DNA of 64,000 nucleotides from NCBI GenBank assembly GCA_003427395.1, contig BFEA01000030.1, forward strand, positions 1,679,148-1,743,147, written 5' to 3'. The DNA is from Chara braunii (lineage: Eukaryota; Plantae; Charophyceae). The translations under genes were made by a program, and so were the position numbers. A model generated the notes under the pieces. The model saw only the letters and a list, made by a program, of their open reading frames with translations. It was not told the DNA's origin and made no database searches. Below are positions 1 through 12,089 of the stretch, piece after piece; the stretch's first letter is position 1, and every line of letters begins with the position of its first letter.

Positions 1-89
1 TTCCCCTACAGGGGGCCGGGGTCCCGGGTGCCGACCCCCGGAACCCCGGAACCCCGGCGGGGTCCCGGGGCCGGGGTTCGACAACCCTG
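1..89. mobile_element. End of a GC-rich, MITE-like insertion in the LINE (terminus ...CAACCCTG, i.e. CAGGGTTG on the minus strand, hAT-like)
   Basis: GC-rich CCCCGG/CCGGGG repeats stop abruptly at CAACCCTG (82-89), and LINE RT coding sequence starts immediately after. The other end lies outside the window. Confidence 0.35.
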
Positions 90-3000
90 CCGCCAAGTAT
101 GGAAAACAGGGGAGACGGGGGAATTGGTTGGCCAAGGAGTCCTAACTCTTCTATACAAAAATTGAGACAATATGAACATCTAAAATTATAGACCAATAAC
201 GCTCCTGACAGTAGTTTATAAGATGTTGGCTAAGAGCCTAGCAAACCGATTGATCCCTGTGATGGAGGACATCATTCACCCAGCTCATACTGGCTTCATC
301 CAGAACAAAAACATTCAAGAAAATATCCTCTTAGTCAATGAAGTCCTAAGACTAACCAAACAAAACAATCAGAATGCGGCCATAATCTTCATAGACTTCG
401 AAAAGGCATACGACCATGTAGATTGGTTCTTCCTCGACAGATGCCTCATCAAGATGAACTTTGGGCCGACATTCAGGAAGTGGGTGTCAATACTACACAG
501 GAATGCGACCACAAGGGTTCAAATCAATGGCTCCCTCGCACCGGAGATTCGACTGGCCCGCTCAGTGAGACAGGGAGACCCTCTGGCGCCTTTTCTTTTC
601 GTAATAATAATGGAGGCCCTGACCGCAAACATACCCGAGGAAGCATTCCCGATCTGCTCTCTCTTTGCGGATGACCTGACATTAATGGTAGCAGCCAGGA
701 GAGAGAATTTGGACTCCGAGGAAATTCGCAAACTAATGGATAAATTTTGCAAAGTATCTGATATAGGGAAGCAAGACTCAAGGATGGTGGATACACTCGC
801 AGGGAGGAAGGCCACCGGAGGACCCTAAAATCCACTGGCTGGACAAGGCCACCCCGGTCAGAGCCCTAGGGGTTCAAATGACGGCGGGAGGCTGCCCACC
901 CTCTAATGGCGAATGGATCAGAGAACCGACTCTTCAGAAAATGGCGGCGTGGAAAGGAAAACACACTTCACTTTTTGGCCGCGCCTTAGTAATAAATAAC
1001 GTGGTGTTAGTCGCACTGTGTTACAAATCACTCATATGGCCTCTGAGTAGAGGGGCACAAAAAACGTTGCGAAGACAAGTGGCCGCCTTCCTGTGGAGAG
1101 GAGACCATGAATCTCCAGCGACAATCAGCAGAGTGGCTTGGGACTCTGTCATTCAGCCCAAATCTCAAGGAGGACTAGGCATCATCGACCCCTCCACGCA
1201 GATAGCAGCGCTCGGCTTAAAATGGATCCAAAAACTCATAATGGAACCATACTCTCCATATTCTTAGCCCCGCAAGCACCCTCTTACGTCGACCCCCTGT
1301 TATGGTTAGAGGACAGATACTAGGCTCTTCCACGACCCAAAGGCGGAACTAGTAGAACCCGAGACACATTCTGGCCGGGTCTCATCAGAAACTGGAGGAA
1401 ATTACCCCTGCCAGACAAACGGGCCCTAGACAGATGGGAAAAAGTATATAGGCAACCCTTGTTCGGCAACCGATGGGTCACTGACACGAGGGGCCAGGTT
1501 TTACACAGCACAGCAGTGCCCTGGAAGAACTGGGTGAAAAAGGGGATCACTAGGGTCGGGGACCTGTGGTACAAACAAGAGCGGGGTTGGAAAACAGTGG
1601 ACCAACTAAAAGATCAACTCAAATACGCCCGAGCAAGGGATGACCGTTTGGAAGACCTAATCTTCTCTGTACCACTGGACTGGTATCGCATCCTCAAGAA
1701 GGGACCTAATCTGCAAAAGGGGGACTGGGTTGCAATAGCTGAGAGGAAGGGGTGGGTTGGCCTGATTCACGACCTCCGTCAGGAGGACGCACTTATCGAA
1801 CTTTACGCAGTACGAGGAGGAAGTCGGTTGGAGGGCAACCGTGACCCATTCCAATGGTTGGACAGAAACCAGATCTTCAGAATCAGGGTAATAGAAGATG
1901 GACAGGAAAAGCTGGTGTATCGACCGGAAACCTCGATTGCCATGCTACCCTTTGACCCGCAAAACTGGAGTTGGACCCGCTCGAGATCCCCCCCGAAGGG
2001 ATCAAAAAAATCCCTGTTCCTGCACAGACTCTCGGTCAAATCAGCCTATCGGATGCTCCGTCCAAAGAAAAAATTGGTGGACAGCATCAACGACTGATGG
2101 GCAAAGCACCTCAACATACCAACAGGCCTGCTGAAACCAATCAAGTGGTTTCGGGAGACAAAGAAGAAACCGGCGAAGATCACATCCCTACAATGGCAGA
2201 TTGCGCACATATGCCGTCCCACCCAAAACTGGCTGATAGATCACACCCGACTAGAACAGAAGAGGTTAGCATCACCGTGGTGCCCCAGCTGTATGCAAAA
2301 CTTCCCCAACAGGAAGATACCAGAAACCATAGAACACATATTTATGCAGTGCCCAGGTGCAGTCCTCACGTGGAGATGGTGAGACCGGATATGGAGGAAA
2401 ACAGTAGGTGAAGAGGACTGACCCTGGGAATGGAGGGCAATACTCACAGGGCATTGGCCCCAAGGCCAGTCAAGTGAATTCAGGTCTAACATGTTCCAAC
2501 TGGGCAAACGAGCTATTCTATGGATGTTGTGGTGGAAAAGATGTGCATTGGCCATTGACAGAGCAAGAGTGGAAGGACCGGAAGCAACAGAGCAAATCAA
2601 GTCGCATATACAAACAGAACTGCGAGTGAGATGGCAGGAGACGAAAAAGAAATTGGCACTCCAGAAATCCAAAAGAAAATTGATACTTACAGCAGAGAAT
2701 GGTTGGGGAGTGAACAGGGAGGATGGATAGCATCAGTACAATGGGAAGGAAAAAACAAAGGAAATGAGCCACAAACAGTCGAAGGGAGAAGGGGAACACT
2801 ATACAGGGATTATAAGTTAGTCTTCAACAACTGGACGGATTTAGACCCAACAGTGCCCCTTCGCCCTCCACAAGACTTCCCAGACCCCTTCCCCCCAAAT
2901 GCCCTGGCAATTGTAGATCAGGCATGGTACGGACATTAAGGAGGACAGGAGTCGGGGGGCGATCACAGTTGGAGAATGCAGGGGCCTCACGACAGCAAGA

Positions 3001-3499
3001 CAACCTCCAACCCTCTGGTGCCCCCCAGAGCAAGGATGGTGTCGAGCAGGTGAAGGCCCTGACAAAGCTACATGAACTGCAAAGTTGACCAGCAGGGGAA
3101 AGGTTGAGCGGATAAAAGGCGAGTGCAGCAGGAGAGGAAGAGGGTGAAAGGAAGGGGGAAACTAGGAGTATCAGGAGTTTTCTGGCGCCTCACACCAGGC
3201 GAAGAGGTTCTCCCCTTTCAATGCCCTGTTCAGTCAATCCTCTGGAAGTATCCAGAGCAATCAATGCTGACAGAAGGCTCCCATTCCCTGAGTAACTGTC
3301 TGAGTAACTATCTGAACACCAATCTGATGTAAGAACTGTTTTGCAGCAAGATGTATCAACGGGACGCTGGACCCGGTTTCCAGCAGGTGCTGCTCCCCAC
3401 CAATAGATGGAGCCTCCCCGATGCAACTAGTGGTGTCTGCTCTTATCAGCACCTCTAGTAACAGCTCGGGTTGTTTCCAAAAAAAAAAAAAAAAAAAAA
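90..3499 (+). mobile_element. L1-clade LINE, 3' half: degenerate ORF2 (RT to C-terminal zinc-binding domain), 3' UTR and poly(A)
   Basis: RT motifs NYRPITLL, IDFEKAYDHVDW, VRQGDPLAPFLF and LFADD in or just before ORF 223-828. Post-RT motifs SLFGRALVINNV and VAWDSVIQPKSQGGLGI (878-1267). WCPSC...ETIEHIFMQCP near 2280-2350. Poly(A) at 3479-3499. Multiple stops and frameshifts. Confidence 0.93.
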
Positions 3500-3586
3500 G
3501 AAATCAGGCGGGCCATGGTTGTTGCTCTTTTTTTTTTCGTTGTTTTGTTTTTTGTTGTTGTTGTTCCTTTCCAAGGAGGCCACTTC

Positions 3587-3827
3587 CAAGATGTCTAGGC
3601 TACGCCCATGGCTGGGCCACGACCAAGATGTCTAGGCCACACCCGTGGCTGAGCCACGGCTGAGATGTCTAGGCCACGCCCGTGGCTGGGCCACGACTGA
3701 GATATCTAGGCCACGCCCATGGCTGGGCAACAGCCGAGATGTCTAGGCCACACCCGTGCCTGGGCCACGACAAAAAGGGGTTTCGTCGCGTGGCTGGGCC
3801 ACAGCTGAGATGTCTAGGCCACACCCG
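3587..3827. repeat. 37-bp minisatellite, about 6 copies (GAGATGTCTAGGCCACGCCCGTGGCTGGGCCACGACT)
   Basis: Tandem copies with few substitutions and no unique spacers. Confidence 0.9.
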
Positions 3828-4111
3828 GAAAAAAAGAGAGATGATATGGTCGTGAAACCAGCTGTAGGGAGAGGGAAAAAAAAAAAAGGACTAGCCATTG
3901 GAGCCGATACCGGTATGGTGGTACCGGCTCCTGCCCCAGGCCACGGGAAAACAACAGGTACCGGTACCTCCCATTTTTGCCGATTGTTGAACTGGCAGGA
4001 CCAGTGCCGGTACCGGTACCTGTTTTTTTTGCAGTTTGTAAGTGCTCTCCACCTGCAGTGTCCTGTTATTTCCACGAATTTGAAACAGGACACCGCACTC
4101 CAGCGCAGTTC

Positions 4112-4340
4112 TTTTTTTTTTTTTTTTTTTGAAAGGCCCTTGTGCAAGGCCTCTATCCCAGTGGTGGTAAGAGAACCACCGGGATTGAGGCTTTGCCTAG
4201 TGGGCCGCTCGCAGTTCTCTCTTTTTGTTTTTCTGTTTTTGGGAAACATCCGGTGTGGGGCTGCCGTCCCATGGTGGTTAGAGAACCAGTGGGATCGAGC
4301 CCGCACCTGCCGGAACCGGGCCTGGTGTCCCTTATACATC
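4112..4340 (-). mobile_element. Short retroposed 3' end (SINE or truncated LINE) with terminal hairpin and poly(A)
   Basis: Poly(T) at 4112-4130 on plus, next to a long hairpin (4144-4196) whose minus-strand loop contains CTCTTA. A second related hairpin lies at 4268-4294. The 5' limit is approximate. Confidence 0.55.
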
Positions 4341-4426
4341 TTATTTGTTGTTTAGCGTTTTTTCCATTCTGTTGGTCTTTTCCTTTGTTACTTTGCCAAT
4401 AGTCTTGCTAGCCTGGGGTTGGACGT

Positions 4427-4535
4427 CACAGCCGCGCGGAAAGAAATTTGGTTTCCAAAACCACTTCGGCGAGACCCCACACAGCCGCGCGGCAAGAAAT
4501 ATGGTTTCCAAAACCACTTCGGCGAGACCCCACAG
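4427..4535. repeat. Subterminal 53-bp tandem repeat reiterating the TIR core CACAGCCGCGCGG
   Basis: Two near-identical units start at 4427 and 4480, followed by a partial third. Confidence 0.8.
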
Positions 4536-5880
4536 CGAGCGGATTCGGTCTTCGGGAAGATGGGAGTAGTGTTTCCNNNNNNNNNNNNNNNNNNNNNNNN
4601 NNNNNNNNNNNNNNNNNNNNNNNNNNNNNNNNNNNNNNNNNNNNNNNNNNNNNNNNNNNNNNNNNNNNNNNNNNNNNNNNNNNNNNNNNNNNNNNNNNNN
4701 NNNNNNNNNNNNNNNNNNNNNNNNNNNNNNNNNNNNNNNNNNNNNNNNNNNNNNNNNNNNNNNNNNNNNNNNNNNNNNNNNNNNNNNNNNNNNNNNNNNN
4801 NNNNNNNNNNNNNNNNNNNNNNNNNNNNNNNNNNNNCGAAGGGTCCAACACCTTGCGTTGGGGTCATCCACGCTCCCTTCCCGCTGGTGGCGCGCGTCGT
4901 CTCACATAACGGTTCAAATTCAAAATTCAAAGGGGGAGGCTGGGCGGGTTTGGCGGGCGGGAGGATTTCAAAAAGGGTTGTAGACGACGTGAAAGGCAAC
5001 CAAAAAAAAAAAAAAAAAAAACAAGACAGGAAAGGGACATCCGCTGCATCGACCATTCGAATGACGACTGTCTCGTGCATGTCCCATGCAAGCGACAAGT
5101 CGGGTAGCCGTTGCCGACCTTCCATGATCATTCCAAGCGCCATACCTCAGGCTGTCCGAAGGCATGCAAAGGGTTCATGCAATCCTAGCGGCCCTGTCAC
5201 CGCACATTCCACATCGTCGGGCTGTAGGAGCAGCTTGCGGAGCATACCTTGGACATCGACTGCTTCATCCGATTGTCAATGGTACTAGCAACAAGGCCGG
5301 CGTGCGCGGCGGCGGTCTCCCGAATGTGGCAGCCCGAGTCCCGCCAATCTGCAGTGAGGTTCGTGAGGACATCGCCGTGAGGGGCGTCATCCCCTCGAGA
5401 CGGACGAGAACATCACCTGCATGCGTGCCACGTTGCAGGCTCCTTGCTCACTACGCATCGGCCATCGGTCGGAGTCATCTCCCGATTTCCCAGTCCCCCG
5501 TTCCGGCCCGACGTGTCCTCCGGCCACGTCAGTTTCCACCCGCAACCGGTTCAGCAGCACAACAGCCGACGACCCTGCAGCCACGTGTGTCTGCCGCATT
5601 GACGATGGCAGACGCGCCGGGGATCAACCTGCCTGGCAGCAGAGGTCATATCTGTTGCTGCTGCGGAAGGGGAGCAAGATCCACATATGCCGCAGTCCTT
5701 GCATTTCCCTTCATCCCACAGTCCTCTTCATGCTAGGGTTGTCGGTCATCCTTGTCATTGCCATCTTCCTGGCCTGTGTTGTTCTCCTCCTCGCTCTCGC
5801 CTTTTGCGTTGCCGTTTTCGTCCGTTTCTCATAGGGGACGAAGGTCATGCTGTTTTTGCATTGTCATCTGCTTTGTAAGC

Positions 5881-7607
5881 ATGGACAGACAACATTGGGT
5901 TGAGGACGGCGAAAACGGAGGTATGGGACGTTCTCGCCATAGTTCCCAACAATCGGCGCAGTATCAAGGCTTGCACTCCGTTCCGCCATCCACCCACTTG
6001 TCCATGCTGAGTCAGGACGCTGACAAGTTCGGTGTCCCTCCTACCTTCCCCGCGGCTGTTGGGCAACTGCCGACATGGAGGAACGATCAGCCCGGCCTCC
6101 GAGATGTGCGACCGGGTCATGTACCTTTCTACCATGCTCGAGATGACCATGGGGGCGTGGCCAGCCGCGGCAGTTCGTCTGCCGCTATGTACTCACAACC
6201 GACTGTCGCTCACATGCCCGTGCACGGGGGCAGCACGATCGGTGCAGGCAGTTTCACAGTGGCGCTGTGCGGGGAGTACGAAGATCCTTTCTCCGGTGGT
6301 CTCCCTAGACGGATGTCAATGGACGATCTGTCAGGACCACAGCGGTGTTACGGGGTGACATCCAACCAGCAGTGGGGCACAAAGCGGGAGTGGGCAGGGG
6401 ACATTGTCACAGGGAGGAACGTCGGGGCATGGCCAATCAGAAGTGACGACGGTGGCAAACGTGGACAGTGGCAGTGGTGTGCGTGAGGGGCAGGCGTGCT
6501 CTCATGCAGCCCCCCAGCACGTCACAGTCGAGGCTGGGTCGTCCGAGTTCGTCGATCGTTTGCGTGTCGGCTTGCCACCGGCCATCCATGGTGAGGGAAG
6601 GGGGCGAGGTGAAGGTCGCCCCGGCACAAGTGACAGCAGTGGACAAAGCGGTCGGGCAAGACAGCCGGCACGGGGAGGACGTGGTAGAGGAGGGTGCACT
6701 CCACCCTCCTCTGCGTGCGCTGCGGAGGCGAGTGGGAGTGGAAAGGACGTAGGGGGGCAGGAGACCAATGACAACCCGACAACAGTTGACGAGGGAATGC
6801 GTAAAGGAAAACCTCCTGCCAAAAAGATAGTGCCTTGGACGCTGGAGGAGTGCTTGGCGTTGGCGAAATGGCAACGTGAGGATGAAGCCATGATGGCGGA
6901 TGTGTCCGCCAGGCACAAGTGCATGAAGAAGGGGGAGAGACAAGAGTGGGTGTCCGAGCGCATGAAAGAGGAAGGGATTATGAGGTCCGCTGAGGACTGC
7001 AGGAAAAAATGGTTTAACCTGGGGCAAGCTGAAACTACTTGTGGATAAGGTGGGGCGGTTAGGCCATCAATCGTATTGGGATATGACCGAAGAGGAGAGA
7101 GAGGCCGAAGGTCTTTATGCCACATTCGATCGACGTCTTTGGCAGGCGATGGAGTGGATGTTGCAAAGACCGTCTGGGACGTGTGATGAAGCGATGAACT
7201 CAGACAGCATGGGTGGAGGTGAAGCAGAAGGCACGGGGGGAGGTTCAGGCGTCCAAGCAGGGTCAGACAGAGGAGGGTCCGACACGTCGGGAAGTAGGTC
7301 GAAGCTCAGGCGAACCAGCGGCAGCAGACTCCATGTTGGAGATGACCCATCGTCTGTGTCCTCTGTGGGAGCTGCCATGGCTGAGTCCACACGTGTGTAC
7401 GTGGAGGGTTTGGATAGAGCCGCGGTGACGATTGCTCAGGCGAACAAGGAGGGTGCGACCATCGTCGCCAGGAGCATTGGCGAAATGGCGACGCAGATAG
7501 GTGCAGTCGCATCAGCCATGGGTGAAGGGAACGCTGTGATGCAGCTCCTGGTTGGTGTGATGGGTGCCCGAAATTTGGGCGGACCGCGGAGTACCGGGGG
7601 GGTGTAG
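5881..7607 (+). pseudogene. Harbinger-associated Myb/SANT-like (trihelix GT-1 type) DNA-binding protein, frameshifted
   Basis: PWTLEECLALAKW...EWVSERMKEEGIMRSAEDCRKKWFNL shows the trihelix Trp spacing. Spread over ORFs 5752-6486, 6404-7048 and 7041-7607, implying two frameshifts. Confidence 0.8.
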
Positions 7608-8044
7608 GAGCACCGATCCATGAAAGCAGTGGGTAGTGAAGACGCTGGTAACAAACGGTACAGGGTACAAAACAGATGTGGGGAAGTAGAAGAAAAACAG
7701 GAACGCAGAAAAAAATAAATTAAAATAATGGGGTTGTCACATCCGTCAGCGGACCGTCACTGCTCGTGCATTGGCGCATCCATCGGTGAATTGAAGGGGT
7801 CGTGTCGGGTCCGACACCACAGTGGCTAGTCACAGGGGGTAGGGTGGGGGGTTGGGGGGGTTTGTGGGGGAAGGGGGGCTGGTCGTCAAATCCCGACTGC
7901 GGGTGGGATCTTCTATCCTCGTCCGGAGCTATAAATTCACGGATTGGACAGAGCGACAACATGAGATCGCCCTTGCCTGTCTCTCTGGTGGTTTGTGCTG
8001 ACTGGAGTCGAAGTCCCCTTCCGAGTGCGTGTGCACACCAGTCG

Positions 8045-8118
<74 letters not shown>

Positions 8119-8199
8119 NNNNNNNNNNNNNNNNNNNNNNNNNNNNNNNNNNNNNNNNNNNNNNNNNNNNNNNNNNNNNNNNNNNNNNNNNNNNNNNNN

Positions 8200-8259
<60 letters not shown>

Positions 8260-8352
8260 TGCGGGTATCGAGGAGGTGGTGCGGGAGATCGTGGGCAGGA
8301 AAGCCGTCATCGTCCAGGGAAGTTGGAGCGTCGTTGCCACCCTCGCGGATGG

Positions 8353-8727
8353 ATGGATTTCAGCATTGACACGGCTGATCTCCATAGTCGTGTGTACTAT
8401 GTTCTCGTGGAAGGGACTGTGGCGATGAAGATCAATGGCGGTTTCGGGTACGACAAGGAAGGCAACCTGGTGGACGTCATCCTCAACGTGAAGAAGCTGT
8501 CGGAAGTCGTCCCCGACGACTTGCGTCTCCCAGAACGTGATGTCGTCGGTGACATCGTTAGATACCTGGTGTCCGCCATAGCTGATGAACACATGGATGC
8601 GCTTAACGGCAATGCCTTCTACGTGGCGCACATGCAGCCCCCTCTCCGGGGAAGGCAGTACTTGCACGGCGTTGTGAAGTCGTGGTGTCCGGATGACGAT
8701 ATGAAGGCTGTGCGTCGGTGGTGGTGA
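8353..8727 (+). CDS. Unknown 124-aa ORF or first exon inside the Harbinger element
   Basis: MDFSIDTADLHSRVYYVLVEGTVAMKINGGFGYDKEGNLVDVILNV... has globular composition and many G/C-ending codons. It ends at TG/GTGAGT, a possible splice donor at 8724. Confidence 0.5.
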   Translation: MDFSIDTADLHSRVYYVLVEGTVAMKINGGFGYDKEGNLVDVILNVKKLSEVVPDDLRLPERDVVGDIVRYLVSAIADEHMDALNGNAFYVAHMQPPLRGRQYLHGVVKSWCPDDDMKAVRRWW

Positions 8728-9381
8728 GTGTGAAGGGGAGTGTTGCATGTTCGGCGATGAAGCGCAAGGAAAGATGTTATGCGGTCACGTCATGCACGAA
8801 GGTGGCTAGGACGTTACCACCCTGGCGTTTTCGGGAAGCACGGTTGCGTGGACGTCGATTCACAGATCTTCGTCTTCGGTGTGAATCGGTTGCACGGCGA
8901 CACGGCAGCGCAGAAGGGAGGACAACCCCGAAAGATCATCATCTTCCATGCTGCCACGTCAACAGTCATGTTCCCGCTGATGGGTTTTCCGCAGATTTGT
9001 TCCCGTCGCGCGATTAGAGAGCGAAACGACCATCTGCATGTTGGGTATGGAGCAGTTGGAGGGTTGGATGTAGGTTGTCGCTTAGGCCACGGGTCATTTG
9101 TCGGTCGTCGCTTGCTCTGCGGTGGGGGGGGGGGGGTGTTGGGTGTGCAGAGGTTGGAAGATGACATGGCAGCGCAGAAGGGAGGAGATCCCCCGCACTG
9201 TGACGACAAGATGTGCTGCCATGTCTGCATTTGAGTCACCGTCGTGTGCTTCGGTGATCTGTCGGTCGTTGTTGTTTTTTTCGTTTTTCTTTTTTTCTTT
9301 CTTTTGTTAGGGAAGTCGAGGAGGATAGCAGTGGGCCGCCGGCGACGAGTAATGTCCCTAACGTCATGAACCTCGATCGTC

Positions 9382-9412
<31 letters not shown>

Positions 9413-10408
9413 GGGCGCGGCGAGAAGCAATCGTCCCCTGACCGCGTAGTTGTTTTGCCGGCATGGGTGTCAAAACAACCACGTGTCAAGCATGTTGTGA
9501 CAATGCACCACCAGTTGGATACGTGGTAGTATTCGTGTGTGAATCAATGGCCGGAACGAGGCCATTGCCGATGTTGGTTGGTGCTTTGAGCGCCTTTTTT
9601 CGGGATTTTTGTGAGAACGGAGTGCAAGAAGGAAAAAAAATCCGTCGTGAGAAACAATTTTTTTTTTCATCTGCCGGTCTATAATTGGTGCGGTTGCTTG
9701 AGTGCGGATGCGTGTGTGTGCTCTTCATCGTTTTCTTGTCGTCTGTTGTCATCATTTTTTCGAACTTTGAAAATAATATCGTTTTTTTGGCTTGTCGCTT
9801 CTCGTCAACATTTGCATTCGTTATGTATATGCATATACATCTTCGCTTGTCCATATCTGCTTCTGCCATTGATAAACGACTGAATGTGATGAAAGTATGA
9901 ACACGTTTTGAAGCTGCATCACCGACTATTCGTTGCTCGCATTACGAACATTTCACATCACAAATGCCATTCACATCACGAACGCCAACCACTTTCAAAG
10001 ACATTCCGGTTCGTGACAAGTTCGAAGACATTCACATCACGAATCAGAAACATTGTGAAAGACAGATAAAAAAAAATAAAAAAAAATAAAATTCAAACGA
10101 ACTAGCACACGGTTGAAAAGTGATTTCGCAGAAATCTCATTGGAATGCCAATTGATATCGTTCATGACAGCATGACCTCCTGTCTGCATGTGCAACCACC
10201 GTGCTACGCAGATTGCCTGACTAGTTTCGACAAACGCACATGCCCTCGCACATATGTATTGGAGAGGCTCCATGCGTGGACAGATGGATAGACAAACAGA
10301 TAGGTAAATAGATAGATCGGTGGATAGATAGATGGGTGGACAGATAGTCAGATACGCAGGTGGAAAAAAGATAGATGCATAGATAGATAGATAGATAGAT
10401 AGACAGAT

Positions 10409-10459
<51 letters not shown>

Positions 10460-10460
10460 C

Positions 10461-10521
<61 letters not shown>

Positions 10522-10549
10522 ACATTTTGTCATCGTTTCCCGTTTGTGT

Positions 10550-12089
10550 CTACGGCGCAGCTCGCGCTTGTCTCCAGGGGTTGGCAGGTAGTCGGCCATG
10601 CACCCGCACATGGTGATCGACGTGCGCGATGAGCCTCGCCTTCGCCACCCTACCCTCGGCGGTACCGTACGTGCCGTCCCGACGGTTCCTCAGGGGCTGC
10701 TGGACAGCCTGCTGGACACGCGGACGTCGTCGACAACGAAAGTTTCCACAGTTTGCTTGATCGTCGTCGTCATCCGAGTCAAGGTCATCCAAGTCGACGT
10801 CGATTCGCATGTCGACCATCATATTGTGCAAGATGCAGACGGCCATGAACTCCTTCATGATCGTCTTCATGTTGCCGATTTGCCGCCTCAAGAAATTTCG
10901 CCACACACCCTTCAGAAGTGCGAACGTGCGTTCGATGCAACTCCTCGCCGACGTGTGGCAATCATCGAAATTCACCTCTTGGGGCGTGCGCTCGTCTCCT
11001 CCAACCGGTGTCATCAGCCAAGGCAGCAATGGGTACCCTGCGTCCCCGAGAACGTAGCGGCGGACAGGTGTGCCATCATGAAGAAAGGATGTGCCACCAT
11101 GGAATATCCCACGCCCATCCTGTGCATCCCTGTAAAGGTGCGATATGCGAACGGCACGTGAGTCATGCACCGATCCAGGGCACCCCACGAAAACATCCTG
11201 GATCCTGCACTCGTGCTCGCACACCACTTGCGCCACAAGCGAGAACTGCCTCGTGCGGTCGTAGTAGCATTCTGCCCGCTCGTTCTTTGGCTTCTCGATG
11301 TATAGATGTGTCCCATCAATCGCACCCACGCACCCTGGGAACCCTTTCCTCTCGAACGCATCCATCACCTCCTGCAAACGGCGTCCTTCAGGGAACCTTA
11401 TGAGGTGGCCGTACTCCTTGATGAGGGTGGCCGTACTCCTTGATGAGGGCGTCCGCAACGTCCTCGTTACTCCTCAACGCACTCGCCAGCCCCATCCCCA
11501 TCCCGTGGCTCGTCTGCCGGTAATAGCCTCCAGTGGCCCATCTGATCAACGAGCACGCGAACTTCTGTGCAGCTGGAATTGGCTGCCTCCAATTCGTCAA
11601 CTTCCGCTGAATGTGTGGGGCTATTCGCTGTGCAACTTCATAGAAGAGAGGTCGAGGGAGTCTGCAGAACCGGACGAAGACCTTGTCATGAGCCTCACCG
11701 ACCTTCTGGAGATCTTTCCACGTCCCCCCATGGCAGTCCAGAACCCACATACTCCTGGATCGTCTCCTCCGTCGGTTGTTCACGATTTCCATGGCGGCGG
11801 ACACAAGGGAAACGTTGTGCAGGAAGCCCCCAGCGAGGAGCAGAAGAACCTCCCCCATTTCAGGGTGTGCAGCTGAACAGGATGAAGCCACTGCATTGAG
11901 AACAGCAAGAGCCGCCTTGTTCCACTGCATCACCAACTGTATAACAATAAAAACAACCATGAACAAATGGTCGTCATTGTCAATGTCATTGTCGCCTACC
12001 ACACCTCGCCCTGCCCAGTCCCCAACGTCTTCCACACCGCTCTCCATGGGCTTCACAACGGCACACAACGTCTCCCAATGCCACCACAA
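10550..12089 (-). pseudogene. PIF/Harbinger DDE transposase (DDE_Tnp_4/HARBI1-like) with one frameshift
   Basis: Catalytic-type motifs FPGCVGAIDGTH, PGSVHDS, LGDAGYPLLPWLMTP and ARSCIERTFALLKGVWR. N-terminal helix-turn-helix region (FVRFCRLPRPLFYE...) in 11388-12089. The frame is broken by the 22-bp duplication at 11405-11448. Confidence 0.95.

Noticed and set aside
3587-3827. CRISPR-like 37-bp repeats
   Set aside because: Units are directly adjacent with no unique spacers, there are no cas genes and the context is eukaryotic; this is a minisatellite.
7720-8748. 342-aa minus-strand ORF
   Set aside because: It spans a gap and a microsatellite and is the antisense shadow of the plus-strand ORF with coding-like codon usage.
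5881-12089. Host trihelix transcription factor and domesticated HARBI1/ALP1-like gene
   Set aside because: Both are frameshifted, convergent and enclosed by TIRs, the standard layout of a Harbinger transposon.
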